NCBI GenBank assembly: GCA_964016885.1
Contig: OZ024743.1
Span: forward strand, 216,194,001-216,258,000
DNA from: Eledone cirrhosa
Lineage: Eukaryota
Direction of reading: 5' to 3'
Length of the DNA: 64,000 nt
In this document: positions 12,864 to 25,552 of the stretch, piece by piece
Position numbering within the stretch: position 1 is the first letter of the stretch
Layout of the letters: the number at the start of each line of letters is the position of its first letter
Translations under genes and position numbers: made by a program
The notes under the pieces: generated by a model
Databases searched by the model: none
Told to the model about the DNA's origin: nothing
Seen by the model: the letters and a program-made list of their open reading frames with translations, nothing else

Positions 12864-12916
<53 letters not shown>
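12864..12916. repeat. (AAT)n tract; first of the array spacers (others at ~18614, 24618, 25520, 32158, 32419, 38346, 38780, 40517, 40741, 46343, 46556)
   Basis: Direct read. Confidence 0.95.
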
Positions 12917-12917
<1 letters not shown>

Positions 12918-13179
12918 CTTTATTTATTAACCACAAGGTTGACACAAAGTAGACATTAAGGACTGTAAAGGACAACACAGGACAATACAGGACAATACAG
13001 GACGGTACAAATGAGCATTTCTGCGTGTAAAATAAACAAAAAAAACAGAGGATGTAAAAAAATGAAACAATGAAAATTCCCCAATAGGGGGGAGACTTCC
13101 GAGGGACATTCTTGGAGAAAGCCCATTAAAAAAAGCCATGTTGAGCACTTCCCTCATTACCCTGATTTTCCTTTTTAAA

Positions 13180-16100
13180 TGAAATTTCTAAAAGTTAATC
13201 AGTGAATCACCGAAGAGGTAATCTCGTCTTCAGCTCTTTAATCGCGTCCAACATACTATCTCTTTCGCCATGGCCACCAGGCAGATACACATTGCCTGCC
13301 CTCCCGGCTAAAGGAAGAGGGCGGGGAAATCCTTACGATGGACTCAGCTGATAGCTGGATCCGTCCTACACGCGACAGCAGGTGTTCGACATAAACCCAC
13401 AAGTCAGCAATGTTCGGACACTGGACGTGTCCGTGCAGGACGGTTTCGTCGCCCTGCGCGCATCTCGGACAAGCCCGGCTGACGGCACCTCCATGCCTGT
13501 AGAGTTTATACCGAGCAGGCAAAGCTCTTCGGTAGCATTGCGTGGCCAGGGATTTCTGGAAGTTGTCCATAGGCCCCGGCCCAAAAGTTCTTCCGAAGAG
13601 ATTGGCTAGTTGATTTTCGTCGACGACTAGAGTTTCCCCAAGTACGTCGTCGCTCTTCCCCTCCACTAATCCTCTATAGAACGCCAAGTTGGAGTTTCAA
13701 CCGATCACATTGCCCGATTGGTCGAGGGCTGTGAGCGCCTGAAGACATTCCAGTCGCCATGCGCTCACTCTCGGTCTTCGCTTGACCCAGGACTGCAGCT
13801 CTGTCAAGGAGACAAGCTGAGGAAAGCGCGTCTAGCAAAAGGTGACCATACCTAATCACCGTCGAGGAAGACGTGGAGATGTCGTAGCCTGAGCTCGTGT
13901 CTGCGCATCATCAGTCACAGCATTCCCAGCTCTCCACGTAGCGGGTGTTGACAGCAGATGGACCGCCTGACCATCGAGCGCGTCCCTTCCACAAAAAGCG
14001 AAATATCAAACGCTCCAGTGCAGTCAGGCGGGGCTTAGGACAAGGCACGACGGTCAGGTGGTAGTAGATGACGGACGCGATGTACGCGTTAGCCAAATCC
14101 GCTCGACCTTTCAGGGATAGATTCCTCTTCGCCCATTGGTTGAGAGAAGCCAATCTGCTCGTCACCTCGACACAGTTTTTGTCTGTCTGGAGATCCGGAC
14201 TTAACCAGACCACTAGTAATTTAAGCCGTCCGTCCATCCAGTGCCCGACGACGCTTTTGGACGGCATGGACCTGCCGCTCCAGGTGCCGAACTGCAGACC
14301 CACCGACTTTTCCTTGTTGAACATTTCTCCTGTCACCGCTTCGTAATCTCTTAGTGTAGTGCCGATCGCCTCGATGTGTTTTGCGTTCGACACCAGTAAG
14401 GTGACATCGTCCGCATATGCTGACACGGATCTTCCGCAGCCAAGTTCGCGGGGCACCCCCCTGAATGTCTCCAGTTTGTGCAGTAATGGCTCGAGAGTCA
14501 ATACGTACAAGAAGGACGCGAAGGGACATCCTTGGCGGACCGAGCACATGTTGTTGAACGGTTCCGAAAGGTGACCGTTCACTCTCACCACAGAGCAGAT
14601 ATCGCTGTGCATCACAGCCATCCAGGCTCTGAAGACGAGCCCAAAGCCACCCGCCCTCAAGACTTCCGCCAGATAACGATGGTCGACCCTATCGAAAGCT
14701 TTCGACTGATCTAAATTGATCAAGGACCCCCCCCCCCCGTGCCAGGTTCCTTAGCTACCCTCTCCACGATGTATCGCATGAGGTTGAGTATGTCGTCGAT
14801 GGATCTGTCGGGAATGGCGCATGTCTGCGCCTAGTCCAGCAGACCACCAACGACAAACGCCAACTTCTTTGATAGCACCTTGGCCCAAATCTTGAACTCT
14901 GTGTTTAACAGCGTTATGGCCCTGAAATTATCTATGTTATCCTCTCTGTTCGGATCCTTTCCCAGCAGCGTCACCGATCCTCGCATCACAGAGCTAGGAA
15001 TTCTCCCGTTCCATTGCCAGTTGCAGCAGACGTCGGCCAAGAGGCCTCCGAACAAGTCTGGTATTTGTAGTAAAGTTCATAGGGCAGACCATCCAAACCA
15101 GGCGAAACCCCTTCTGCAGCCAGTCATTGCCTCCCGTACCTCAGCTGCTGTTATCGGTTTTTTGCAACACTCCGCCTCAATGGCCAAGAGCCGTGGCAGT
15201 CCGTCGAGGTAGACACTAAAGTCCATCTCCCGACACGGCTCGCCGCTGCCCCCGAACAGCTGAGCGAAGGAGTCGCTGAAAACCATCACACATTTGCTCG
15301 GGATCGAGTAGCATGCGCGCGTCGTGATCCACCAAAGACCGGATCGTGGCGTTGTTGCGAGGACGCGCCTCCGCCACTCGAGCCCATTGAACGGCTCTGA
15401 GAGCACGCACCCTAGCTCTGACAACGCTGCCGTCTTGCTTTCAATTGAATAATTGGTCAAGGGCCAATTTCGCCGCAAGTATGTCGGTCGTGATGCCTCT
15501 GCTATGCGCCTTGTCTAATTTTCTGACTAGTTCTCCTTCTGCGCTATTTTTCTCCATTGCTAAAGCCTTACTAAACCTAATGGACTCGATTTTAATCGCA
15601 CATTTCAGAGCAAACCACCACTTGTCGTTGACGATGGCCTCCGTCAACGCCCGCTTAACTAGTTCGCTAATCCCGTCTCTGTAGGCTTTGCGCGCTGGTA
15701 ATGACGCGTTTAGCTTCCAGTAGCCGGGTCCTTGTCTATGAAGCTTATCTATATCAACCACACACATCACTAATTTGTGGTCCGTGTAGCTGACTATCTT
15801 AAATTGTTGACAGCCTATGCTAGACCTATCTATTTCCCTACAAAATATTCTATCTAGATATGATCTGGATAGCCCAATGCGGTTTGTCCAAGACCACATT
15901 GGCGCGTTCGGGAAATCCAATCGGTACCTGTCAGACAGTTCAAAACACCTCAGCACGTTGGTGAGGCTCTTGCAGCCTCCTCCCTTATCCGCTAATCCTA
16001 CACAGTCCCAGCGTGCAGCTAAGAACCCGTTCCAGTCGCCCACTAACACTAAAGAGCGGTACGTTCCAAGAAAGGTCTCCAGACGCGGGAAGAAATCAGA

Positions 16101-16439
16101 CCGCCCTGCTCCTGTCGGGGCATAGACGGTCACTAGCCTGAAAGCTTGCCCGTCTCCGCTGGTCACGTCCAGCACCACCAACTTACCTTCTGGGTCCAGG
16201 AAGATGGCCCGTATGGCGAGATCCAAACCTCTCCGAAAAGGCACAGCAACTCCTCCCCCCGATCCAAGACGGCTGGGAGATGCGTACACAAGATCGGTGC
16301 GAAGGCCCGTGCTTCGGAGATTCTGGTCTCGCTGATGGCCACCTATGTTTAGTGACCTGATGTCGTTGAGCATGTGGCCCTGCTTCCATAACGAGCCCAA
16401 GCCACGCGCATTTATGCTGCCTATTCTGAGTGAGGTCAT
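13180..16439 (-). pseudogene. Tx1 ORF2 (APE-RT), frameshifted
   Basis: ORF pieces 15441-16439, 13911-14723 and 13256-13687. Confidence 0.9.
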
Positions 16440-16473
16440 GTTGAAAAGGAGTGGAAAAGATGGGAAAGACCAC

Positions 16474-18423
16474 TTACCTTATTTCTCGTAGAGGAAGGAA
16501 GGTTTCTCCATCCTTATCACTGCTTGTGGCCTCCTCCGGAAGGATGTTCTTTTAAATCCGCCTGGAGAGTGATTGTCGGAAGTCTCCGATGTCCTTGGGG
16601 AATTTTTGTTTTAGTGTCGTGTACGTTTTCTGTGTGATGCAAGTGATTTGTATGTGTGAAGTGGTGTGAATTTTTGGGGTGTTGTGTAGTCTTTTTATGT
16701 GATGCTGGTGTTGTGTTGGATGTAGTGTAATAATTGGTTGTTGATCAAATTTAATGCTGTGTAGTGTGTATCGTTCTGGTTGTTTTGTTTTGTTTGCGTT
16801 CGTTGTGGGTTTGTTTCTATTTCGCTTTTTGGTGACTTTTGTGGTGTTGGTGATGGTGGTGTTGGTGTTAATGATGGTGATGGTGTTGGTGTTTGTGGTG
16901 ATCGGGTCGGAGATGCTGGTGTTTATGGTGGTATTGGTGTCCTAACTTTTTTGTTTGTTAGTTTATTTGTTTACCCCTGTATTTTGTTTTTGAAGGTGGA
17001 AGGAAGAGGATTTTTTTCTTTTTGGGCTTCTTTTTCGTTTTTTCTTTTTTCCTGATACAGTTTCTCATTCCTCGTCGTCACAAACTGTCTCCAGTTGCGA
17101 TAGATCGGGGAGTGAAAAATCCTCCACATGCGTTGGTTTTGGTTGTGGCGTGGTGGATGGTGGAGGCACTGGTGGTAGTTCTGGCGCGGTGGGTGGTGGT
17201 GGTGTTGGTTTTGCTGCTGTTGCTGGTGTTGTTGCTGCTACAGTTGTTGCTGCCATTTCTGCTGCTGGTGGTGTTGATGGTTGAGTCACTGGTGTGGGTA
17301 AGAGAGGTAGCCTCAACATTTTAGTCTGCGGACAGAAAGCATTTAGGTGGGTTCCTTCACCACAAACGACACACCTAGGCCTTCTACCCTCAACGATTAC
17401 GGTGAGGTGGCTGCCGTCAGTGAGGTCTATCACCTCTGGGATTTCCTCAATGCTTTTTTGGTCCGCTTGGATCAGGACCTACATCCCAGATCCGGACCAG
17501 TTCTCCTGCTTTTCTTTTGTTATTTCAATTATTTTCGTGTTGGCCTCGATGCCGACGAGGACGGCAGCCATTAGCCAAGGAATTCCGATGGCCGGTGGAA
17601 CTTGGGTCACCCTGATCTTCACGAGTCACTGGCCACAATAGCTTGGGACGAGTGTGAATTCGTCGCTTCTTAATGGAGCCATGGAGTGCTCTCTGGCTTC
17701 CTGTGGTGTTCCAAAGAACACGTCGTTGGTTCCATATATTTTCCAACGTCTGATGTGGGGTTCTTTTGCCCACACATGTCCCAAAGCTTTTTGTATTTGG
17801 GACTCGTTCCACTCGGCGTGATTTTATGTTTCTCGTCCGATAAGACACGGTGCACAGGCGCCGATGCTCCATTTTATTATTGGGGGGCTAACCCTGTACC
17901 CATCATTTTTTACCATTCTCTTGGCTTCATTTAATTCATCCTGGCTTACCTCGATTGTTCGCTTTTCTTGGCTGCTTTGGCAAACGACACATTTTTTTTC
18001 GGTGATGTTGATGTCGTTATTCTCATTGTTGTTGTTGCTGTTGTTGTTATTGTTATTTTTAGTTTCAGTTGTGGTGGTGTCAGTGGTGTTCGGCGTGGAA
18101 GAGTCGATTCTGGGTGAATCCATTTCGATGTCACGAAAAAATAATTTATTTTGTGGGGTACCTCTTGTCGCTGTGGTGGTGGTGGTGGCATCAGGGGTGT
18201 TCGTTGTTCTTTTTGACATTGTGGTGTTTCGGGTGGCGGTTTTAACACCTACAGTTATTGGTAATGGCGGGAAATTCATGTCTTTATGCGGCAAATTTAA
18301 ATAATTCAGACTGCTTGTAATTATATTTTCAGTGTTGGCATCCGTGGCAAGGCTTACAATGGTGTTCGTGGTGGTGGGGGAGGAGGGTGTTGGTCTGGTA
18401 AAAACAGTAAATTTGTCGTCCAT
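16474..18423 (-). pseudogene. Tx1 ORF1 (nucleic-acid binding, CCHC knuckle), frameshifted
   Basis: VIVEGRRPRCVVCGEGTHLNAFCP and Pro/Thr-rich linker; homologous to 36827-37594. Confidence 0.8.
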
Positions 18424-18640
18424 GTTCTTTTTCCAAAGAAATATTTTGTTTGATGAATAACAAGTTTAAGTTTTGGGTTAAAGGCTCCAATATATGTTTG
18501 TGTCCTTTTCAGAAAGCAATATATGTGAACTTCCATAACAGGTAATTTGAAACAACTGAAAACAACAAACATTTACGGAGCTCACGATAATACGATTTGC
18601 TACGTAGGTCTCCAATAATAATAATAATAATAATAATAAT

Positions 18641-21600
18641 GATTTCTTTATTGGTCACAAGGGCTGACATCAAGAAAAACATCACAGGCGGAAGAGGACG
18701 GTACGATGTGGGTTTTGTGCGTGTAAATATGTTTATTATTTATATAAGAAAAGAAAGAAAAGACATAAACCATATATATATATATAAACAATAAAATGAA
18801 AATTGAAACAATGAAAAATTCCAAAATAGGAGGAAAACCTTCGAGGGTTGCTCGTGGCGAAAACCACACAAAAAACCACGGCCACCCTGACTACCAGGGC
18901 AAGCGCCCTCTCTCAATTTTTCCATCTCTCAAACTACAGGCGTATATTCAGAGTGGTCCCGTTCACTCGGACCATTCTCGCTACATTCACCTACCTTTCA
19001 ACAAACTTGCTAGAAAGCAGCACTTGCCTCTCCACCCTGATTTCCTCTTCAAGCGAAACTTGAAAAAGTCAATTAGGGATTCGCCGAAGAGGAAAGTGTT
19101 TGTCTTTAATCCTTTTAAGCTTGTCCACCACACAATCTCTTTCGCCATGGCCACCAGGCAGATGAAAACCGCCTGCCCTTCCTCTTCGAAGGAAGACGGC
19201 GAGACCATCTGCACAATGGACTTAGTCGACAACCGGATCAGTCCCACACGCGACATCAAATGTTCGACATAGCTCCACAAGTCAGCAATGCTCGGGCACT
19301 GAACGAGTGCGTGCACAACGGTTTCGTCTCTATGCACGCATCTCGGAAGGCTCGGCTGACGGCACTTCCGTGCCTGTAGAGCTTATCTCGAACCGGCAGC
19401 GCTCTCCGGTAGCACTGCCAGGTCAGGGATTTTTGGAAGTTATCCATAGGCCCCGGGCTGAAAGTTCTCCGGAAGAGAGCAAACAGCTGATCTTCTTCGA
19501 CGCCCAGAATCTCTCCGAGAATGTCATCGCTCTTCCCCTCCACTAGTCCTCTATAGAACGCCGATGTGGATGTTCCACCCATACTGGTGCCCAACTGGGA
19601 GAGGGCAGTGAGCGCTTGGAGACATTCCAGTTTCCAAGCACTATCCCTCGGTCTTTTTCTGACCCAGGACGGCAGCTCCGTCAAGGAGACGAGCTGTGGG
19701 AAAATGTGCCTGGCGAACGGCGACCACACCCGTTCACCATCAAGGAGCACCAGATATGTCGCAGCTTCAGCGCATGTTTGCGTATCATCAGCCATGCAAC
19801 GCCCAGTCCGCCACGCAACGGGTGTTGACAGCAGATGGATCGTCTGACCATAGGAGCGCGTCCCTCCACAAATAGCGGAAGAGGAGGCGCTCCATTTTGG
19901 TGAGAGTTGGGCTGGAGCAAAGCACGACGGTGAGGCGGTAGCAGATGACGGATGTGATGTATGCATTTGCCACTTCCGCCCGACCTTTCAGGGACAGCTT
20001 CCTCTCAGCCCATTTCTGGGTGAGGGAAGCCACCCTGCTCGTCACCTCGTTCCAGTTTTTCTCCATCTGGAGGTCCGGTCCGAACCAGACCCCGAGGAAT
20101 TTAACCGGTCTGTCCGTCCAACGCCCCACGACGCTGTCGGACGGCATGGACTTGCCTCTCCAGGTGCCTAGCTGCAAGCCCACCGTCTTTTCCTGGTTTA
20201 TCTTTGCTCATGTCACCGCTTCGTATTCCTTGAGAGCGGTGCCGAGCATCTGGACGTGCCTGGTGCTCGACACCACCACGGTGACGTCATCAGCGTAAGC
20301 CGACTCGGATTTCCCGCATCCTAGTTCGCGTGGGACGCCCCTCATCGCGTCCAGTTTGTGCAGTAACGGCTCGAGAGCCAATACGTACAAGAGGGACGAG
20401 AGGGGACAACCCTGGCGGACTAAGCGCATGATGCTGAACGGCTGCGACAGGTAACCGTTCACCCTCACAACTGAGCAGATGTCGCTGTACATTGCTGCGA
20501 TCCAACGCCTGAAAACGGGCCCGAAACCGGCTGCCTCGAGGACCGCCACCAGGTACCGATGGTCGAGCCTCTCGAATGCTTTGGAGTGATCCAAGTTGAT
20601 CAGGGCCCCACCCTTGCCAGGTTCCTTAAACACCCTCTCTATGATGTATCGCATGAGGTGGAGGTTGTCGTGTATGGATCTGTCCGAGATGGCGCATGTC
20701 TGCGCCTCTCCCACCAGACCCTTGACGACAAGCGCCAACCTCGTTGCTAACACTTGGTCAAAATCTTGAACTCTGCGTTTAGCAGAATTATGGGCCTGAA
20801 ATTATCAATAAAATCCACCTTGTTCGGATCTTATCTCAGCAGCGCCACTGCTCCCCGGATCACAAACCTGGGAATGCTCCCGTTCTGCTGCCAGTTTCAG
20901 TAGACGTCTGCCAAGAGGTCACCGAACAAGTCTGGCATAAATGCATAAAGCTCGTAGGGCAGACCATCTAAACCTGGCGATTTACCTCTTGTGCAGTTAG
21001 CCATCGCTTCCCGTATTTCACCGGCTGTTATTGGCTTTTCGCAACACTGTGCTGCGGTCGTCGAGAGCCGAGGCAGTCCGTCGAGATATGCACTGAAGTG
21101 CATGTCCCGATCCGGGCCGCCGACACTCCCGAACAGTTCAGCAAAGTGCTGCTGAAAAGCTTCACACATACGCTCGGGTTTGAGCATCACTCACCCGTTT
21201 GGGTCAGACAAAGACCGAATTGTGGCTTTATTGCCACGTCGCGCCTCTGCCACCCGGGCCCATTGGACGGCTTTTGTTCCCTCGTGTTTCAGAGCACGCG
21301 CTCTAGCTCTGACAACGCAGCCTTCGTGTTTTGCGTTGAAGAATTGGTCGAGGGCCAATCTCGCTGCAAGCACGTCGGTTGTGATGCCTGTCCTAAACGC
21401 CTCTTCTAGCTTTCTGACTAGCTCTCCCTCTACTCTATTTTCCTCTATCACTACTCCTTTGCTAAACCTAATCGACTCTACTTTAATTGCCCTTTTCAGG
21501 GCGAACCACCACCTGTTGTTGACGACCGCTCCCGTCAACGCCCGCTTAACTAATACGCTAATCCGGTCTCTGTAGGCCTTGCGCGCCAGGAAAGACGCGT

Positions 21601-24600
21601 TCAGCTTCCAGTAACCAGGCCCTTGTCTATGAAGTCTGTCTATGTCGATGTCACAGATCACAAATTTGCGATCTGTGTGGTCGACTATTTTAAATTGTAG
21701 ACAATTTATACTAGCCTTATCTAGTTCCCTGCAGAATACCCTATCTAGATACGATATGGATGACCCGATGCGGTTTGTCCATGTCCACATTGGCACATTC
21801 GGGTCATCCAGTCGATACCTGTCAGACAGTTCAAAACGTATGAGCAGGTTGGTGAGGCTCTTGCACCCTCTTCCCTTATCATCTAGCCCACACGATCGCA
21901 GCGTGCATCCAATATACCGTTCCAGTCGACCACTAACACTAAAGAGCGGGACGTTCCAAGAAAGGTCTCTAGACGTCTGAAGAAATCTGGCCGTCCTTCC
22001 TCTGTTGGGGCGTAGACGGCTACTAGCCTGAAAGCATTGCCTTCGCTGCCGGTCACGTCCAACACCACCGACTCAACTTCTGGGTCCAGGAAGATGGCCC
22101 GTATCGCGAGATCCAAGCCTCTCCGAAAAAGGACGACAACCCCTCCCACCCGATCCTGGACGGCTGGGAGATGCGTATACATCGTAGCCGCCGAAGATCG
22201 GTGCGAACGCCCGTGCCTCGGATATTCTGGTTTCACTGATGGCGACCACATCTATGTTTAGTGACCTGATGTCATTGAGCAGGTAACCCTGCTTCCAAGA
22301 TGACCCCAGGCCACGTCCATTTATACTTCCTATTCTGAGTACAGCCATGTTGGATGAGAAACGGGACAAATGATAAAGGGTCACATACCTTGTTCGTGTG
22401 GTGAAGGGACAGTAGAACCGTCCCTTTCGCTGGTCATGGGTGTTTCCAAGAGGATGTCAGTGTATATCCTCTTGGTAACCGTCCCTCTGAAGTCTCCAAC
22501 TGCGTTGGGGAATTTTTGTTTTAAAGGTTTGTATTGTTCTAATGAGATTTCGCTGATGCTTATGTTTGTCGGGAGAGTTCTTGGTGTTGGTGGGGTGTAG
22601 TAATTTTTTTCCGTGATGCCTGTGTGCTGCTTTATATATTTTATTAGTTCTTTTCTTGCTATGTTTATGGCTGTGTACCTTTTGCGTTGAGGGGTGATTT
22701 TGTGGCCGTTTTCTTCTTGTTACTGTTTGGTGTGTGTGTCTTGTTGTGTTTGCGTTGTTGGTGCTTGTGGTGGTGTTGCTGCAAGTTTCCTTGCTGACTT
22801 TACCCGTCTTTGTATGCCTTTTCTTTTGGAGGGTGAATCTAAGGTCTTTTTTTGCTTTTTGTGGCAGACTGTTTGCCACGTCACTCCCGCCTCAAAGTCC
22901 ATGTCGGATTCTGTGGCGTCTGGGAGGGTATGTGCTCCACGGCTGTTGGTGGTGGTAGTGGAGCCCCCTTCGGCAATGTTGTTGCTGGTGTAGCTATTTT
23001 AAATGTAGCTATTGGTGTTGCCGCTACTGATGCTGCTGCTTTAGTTATCCGTGGCCTTGGTATGGGTACTACGGACGTTGCCCTCCTACTCACCGTGGAA
23101 GGGGATTCTTCGTTTGTTGCCTGTCCTGCTCTTGGTAGCAGCGGACCAGGTATTGGAAGGAGAGGGGCCCTCTTCGGTGTCTTCTGTGGGCAAAAGGCCC
23201 TGAGGTGACCTTTCGACCCACAGAGATAACATTTTGGCCGTCTTCCTTCTACACTTATAGGGAGTTGGAGTCCTTCCTCAAAGTCTATGATATCGGGGAT
23301 AGCCTCGATACATTCCTGGTCAGTTTGTATAAGCATTTGCATGCCTATACCTGACCAGATCTTTCTCCCTATTTTTCTACTTGCAGCATGGTCGTCCTGT
23401 TCTCAATTCCAGCAAGGACAGACGCGGCCAGCCAAGGTATGAGCACGTCGGGTGGGACCCGGGTCACTTTGACCCTCACAATTTTCTGCCCGCAGTAGGA
23501 GGGCACCAAGACTAACTCCTCACTCTTTAGGGTTTCCAAAGAGTGAAACTTTACTTCCTGGGGTGTGGCGAAAGAACGTCTACTGTGGCGTACTTTCTGC
23601 CTCGGGTGATGTGGGTTTTGCGTGCCCAGACGCACCCCAAGGCCTTTTGGATTTGAGCCTCCGTGGCTCTCTCGACTCGATGTGAGATTTTGCTTACGGT
23701 GCGGTAAGTCACCGTTCGTAGCTGCTGGTCCTTGAAAAAATCGGGTGGAGGTTTCAGGGAGACTCTATTTGCGCTTCTTGTCACCATGGCCCTTGCGACT
23801 GCCATCTCCTCCTCTGTGACTAACACTGTCTCGATATTTCGGGCGACACCTGCAAAAGAAGTGGTCCCTTTTTCAGCAGCACCACTATTGCTGCCGTTAC
23901 TGGTCTTACTGGTGGTGCTGAGGTCGCTATTACAGGTATTGGTGTCATTGTTGTTCTTTTCGCTGGTACAGTTGTTGGTGTTGTTTTCGTTGATACTGTT
24001 GCTGCTGTTACTGTTATTGTGGTTGTTGTTATTATTGTTATTTTTGTTGATACTGTTCCTACTATTATTGTTGTTGTGGCTGTTGTTATTGTCATTGTTA
24101 TTGTCGTTCTCTACCTTACCGCTGTTATTTTTGTTATTGTCGTTCTCGACCTTACCGCTGTTATTTTTGTTATTGTCGTTCTCGACTTTACCGCTGTTAT
24201 TTTTGGTGTTGTTGTTGGTGTTATAGTTGGTGTTGTTTGTGTTAGAACTATTTGTTGATTTTAAATCTGTAACAATCTTTTTTTCCTTTGTAATATTTTC
24301 GTTTATATTTACCTCCGCTGGAACGCTGTCTTGTTGACATGCTGATAAAGTATCCCCTTCTCTGTGTTGTCTGACAGCGCTCTCTCTCTTTTTTGTGTTA
24401 TCCATGTTGAAATTTTTCAAAAAATATTTTTACCCAAATACGAATACGACACCCCGTAAAGGGGTGACGTATTATTTACTAATGAACCCCTGTATTAGGT
24501 GGGTCACTTCTAAACTTTTATCAAATTTAAAACTTGAATAAAAGATTTAGAACGGTTGAAAAAGAGGTAAAACGTTAAAAAAGACTGCAGGCGATCAGAA

Positions 24601-24617
24601 GCGTGGCTTCAGCAACC
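18641..24617 (-). mobile_element. Tx1-clade element, family Y, full length, disrupted
   Basis: ORF2 from 22348 (MAVLRIGSINGRGL) to 18934 with APE/RT motifs. ORF1 24420-22381 with VEGRRPKCYLCGSKGHLRAFCP. Distinct 5' end; AAT tracts on both sides. Confidence 0.92.
24099..24206 (-). repeat. 3 x 36-bp coding tandem repeat (SGKVENDNNKNN) in family Y ORF1
   Basis: Seen in the translation of ORF 23551-24420 and in the DNA. Confidence 0.85.
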
Positions 24618-24650
<33 letters not shown>

Positions 24651-24653
<3 letters not shown>

Positions 24654-25519
24654 GAGGAAATAACATCAAGGAGGAAGAGCAGCCTTAATGGAAAATCCCT
24701 TCATAGTACCTTCTTTGAGAAAACTGAATTTAGAGATCCACAGACATGGAACTGGTTGAGAAGAGGAGACCTCAAAAAGGCTTCAGAAGGAATGCTAATG
24801 GCTGCGCAGGAGCAGGCCCTCAAAACGAAGTGGTTGAAGCACCATATTTACAAGGAGGAGGCTAGCCCACTGTGCAGGATCTGTGGAGAGAGAGAGGTGA
24901 CTGTAGCTCACATTGTGTCCGAGTGTAAACACCTAGCCCAGACCCACTATAAGGGCTGGAGACACGATGTGATGGGCAGGGTGATCCACTGGCACCTGTG
25001 CAAAGTAAACAATTTACCACATTCTGAGAAATGGTATGAGCATAGGCAAGAGGCGGTGATGGAGAACAATCAGGTGAAGGTGCTGTGGGATTTTAGGATA
25101 CAGACGGACAAAAAACTGGAACACAATAGACCTGACCTGGTGGTTGTGGACAAAGAAAAAGATCGTGTCTGATTGTGGATGTGGCCTGCCCTTTCGACAC
25201 GAGAGGGCAAGAGAAGGAGAGGGAGAAAATTAACCGATACCAGGACCTAAAGTGGGAGGTGAAAAGGATTTGGAACTGCCATGAAGTCTAAGTGATCCCG
25301 ATTGTCATAGGCGCACTGGGGACTATCTACAAAAGCTTCCAGGGATGGTTAAAGAAAATCGGCCCCTTCACGCTTTTTGGAACGCTTCAAAAGGCATGCT
25401 TGCTGGGAACAGCAAGAACCCTCCGATACGTCCTGAATATCTGAGGCTGCAGGTGTTGGCTTGATATTCATTCCAACGGACTTTCCAGTTAACCAACATC
25501 AATGACTGAGATTCAAGGA
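24651..25519 (+). mobile_element. R4/Dong family B, 5'-truncated copy
   Basis: CRICGEREVTVAHIVSEC, RHDVMGRVIHW, NRPDLVVVD; 3' end followed by (AAT)n. Confidence 0.9.
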
Positions 25520-25552
25520 ATAACAATAATAATAATAATAATAATAATAATA

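Larger units (their letters stand above)
12917..18613 (-). mobile_element. Tx1-clade non-LTR retrotransposon, family X copy 1 (both termini present, disrupted)
   Basis: ORF2 APE (GSINARGL, VYAP, GDWN, SYLDRI, YTDH, GPGYWKLN), RT (DQSKAFDRVDH, VRQGCP, YADD) and C-terminal CPRC..ETVLH..C. ORF1 has a CCHC knuckle. AATAAA then (ATT)n at the 3' end. Confidence 0.92.
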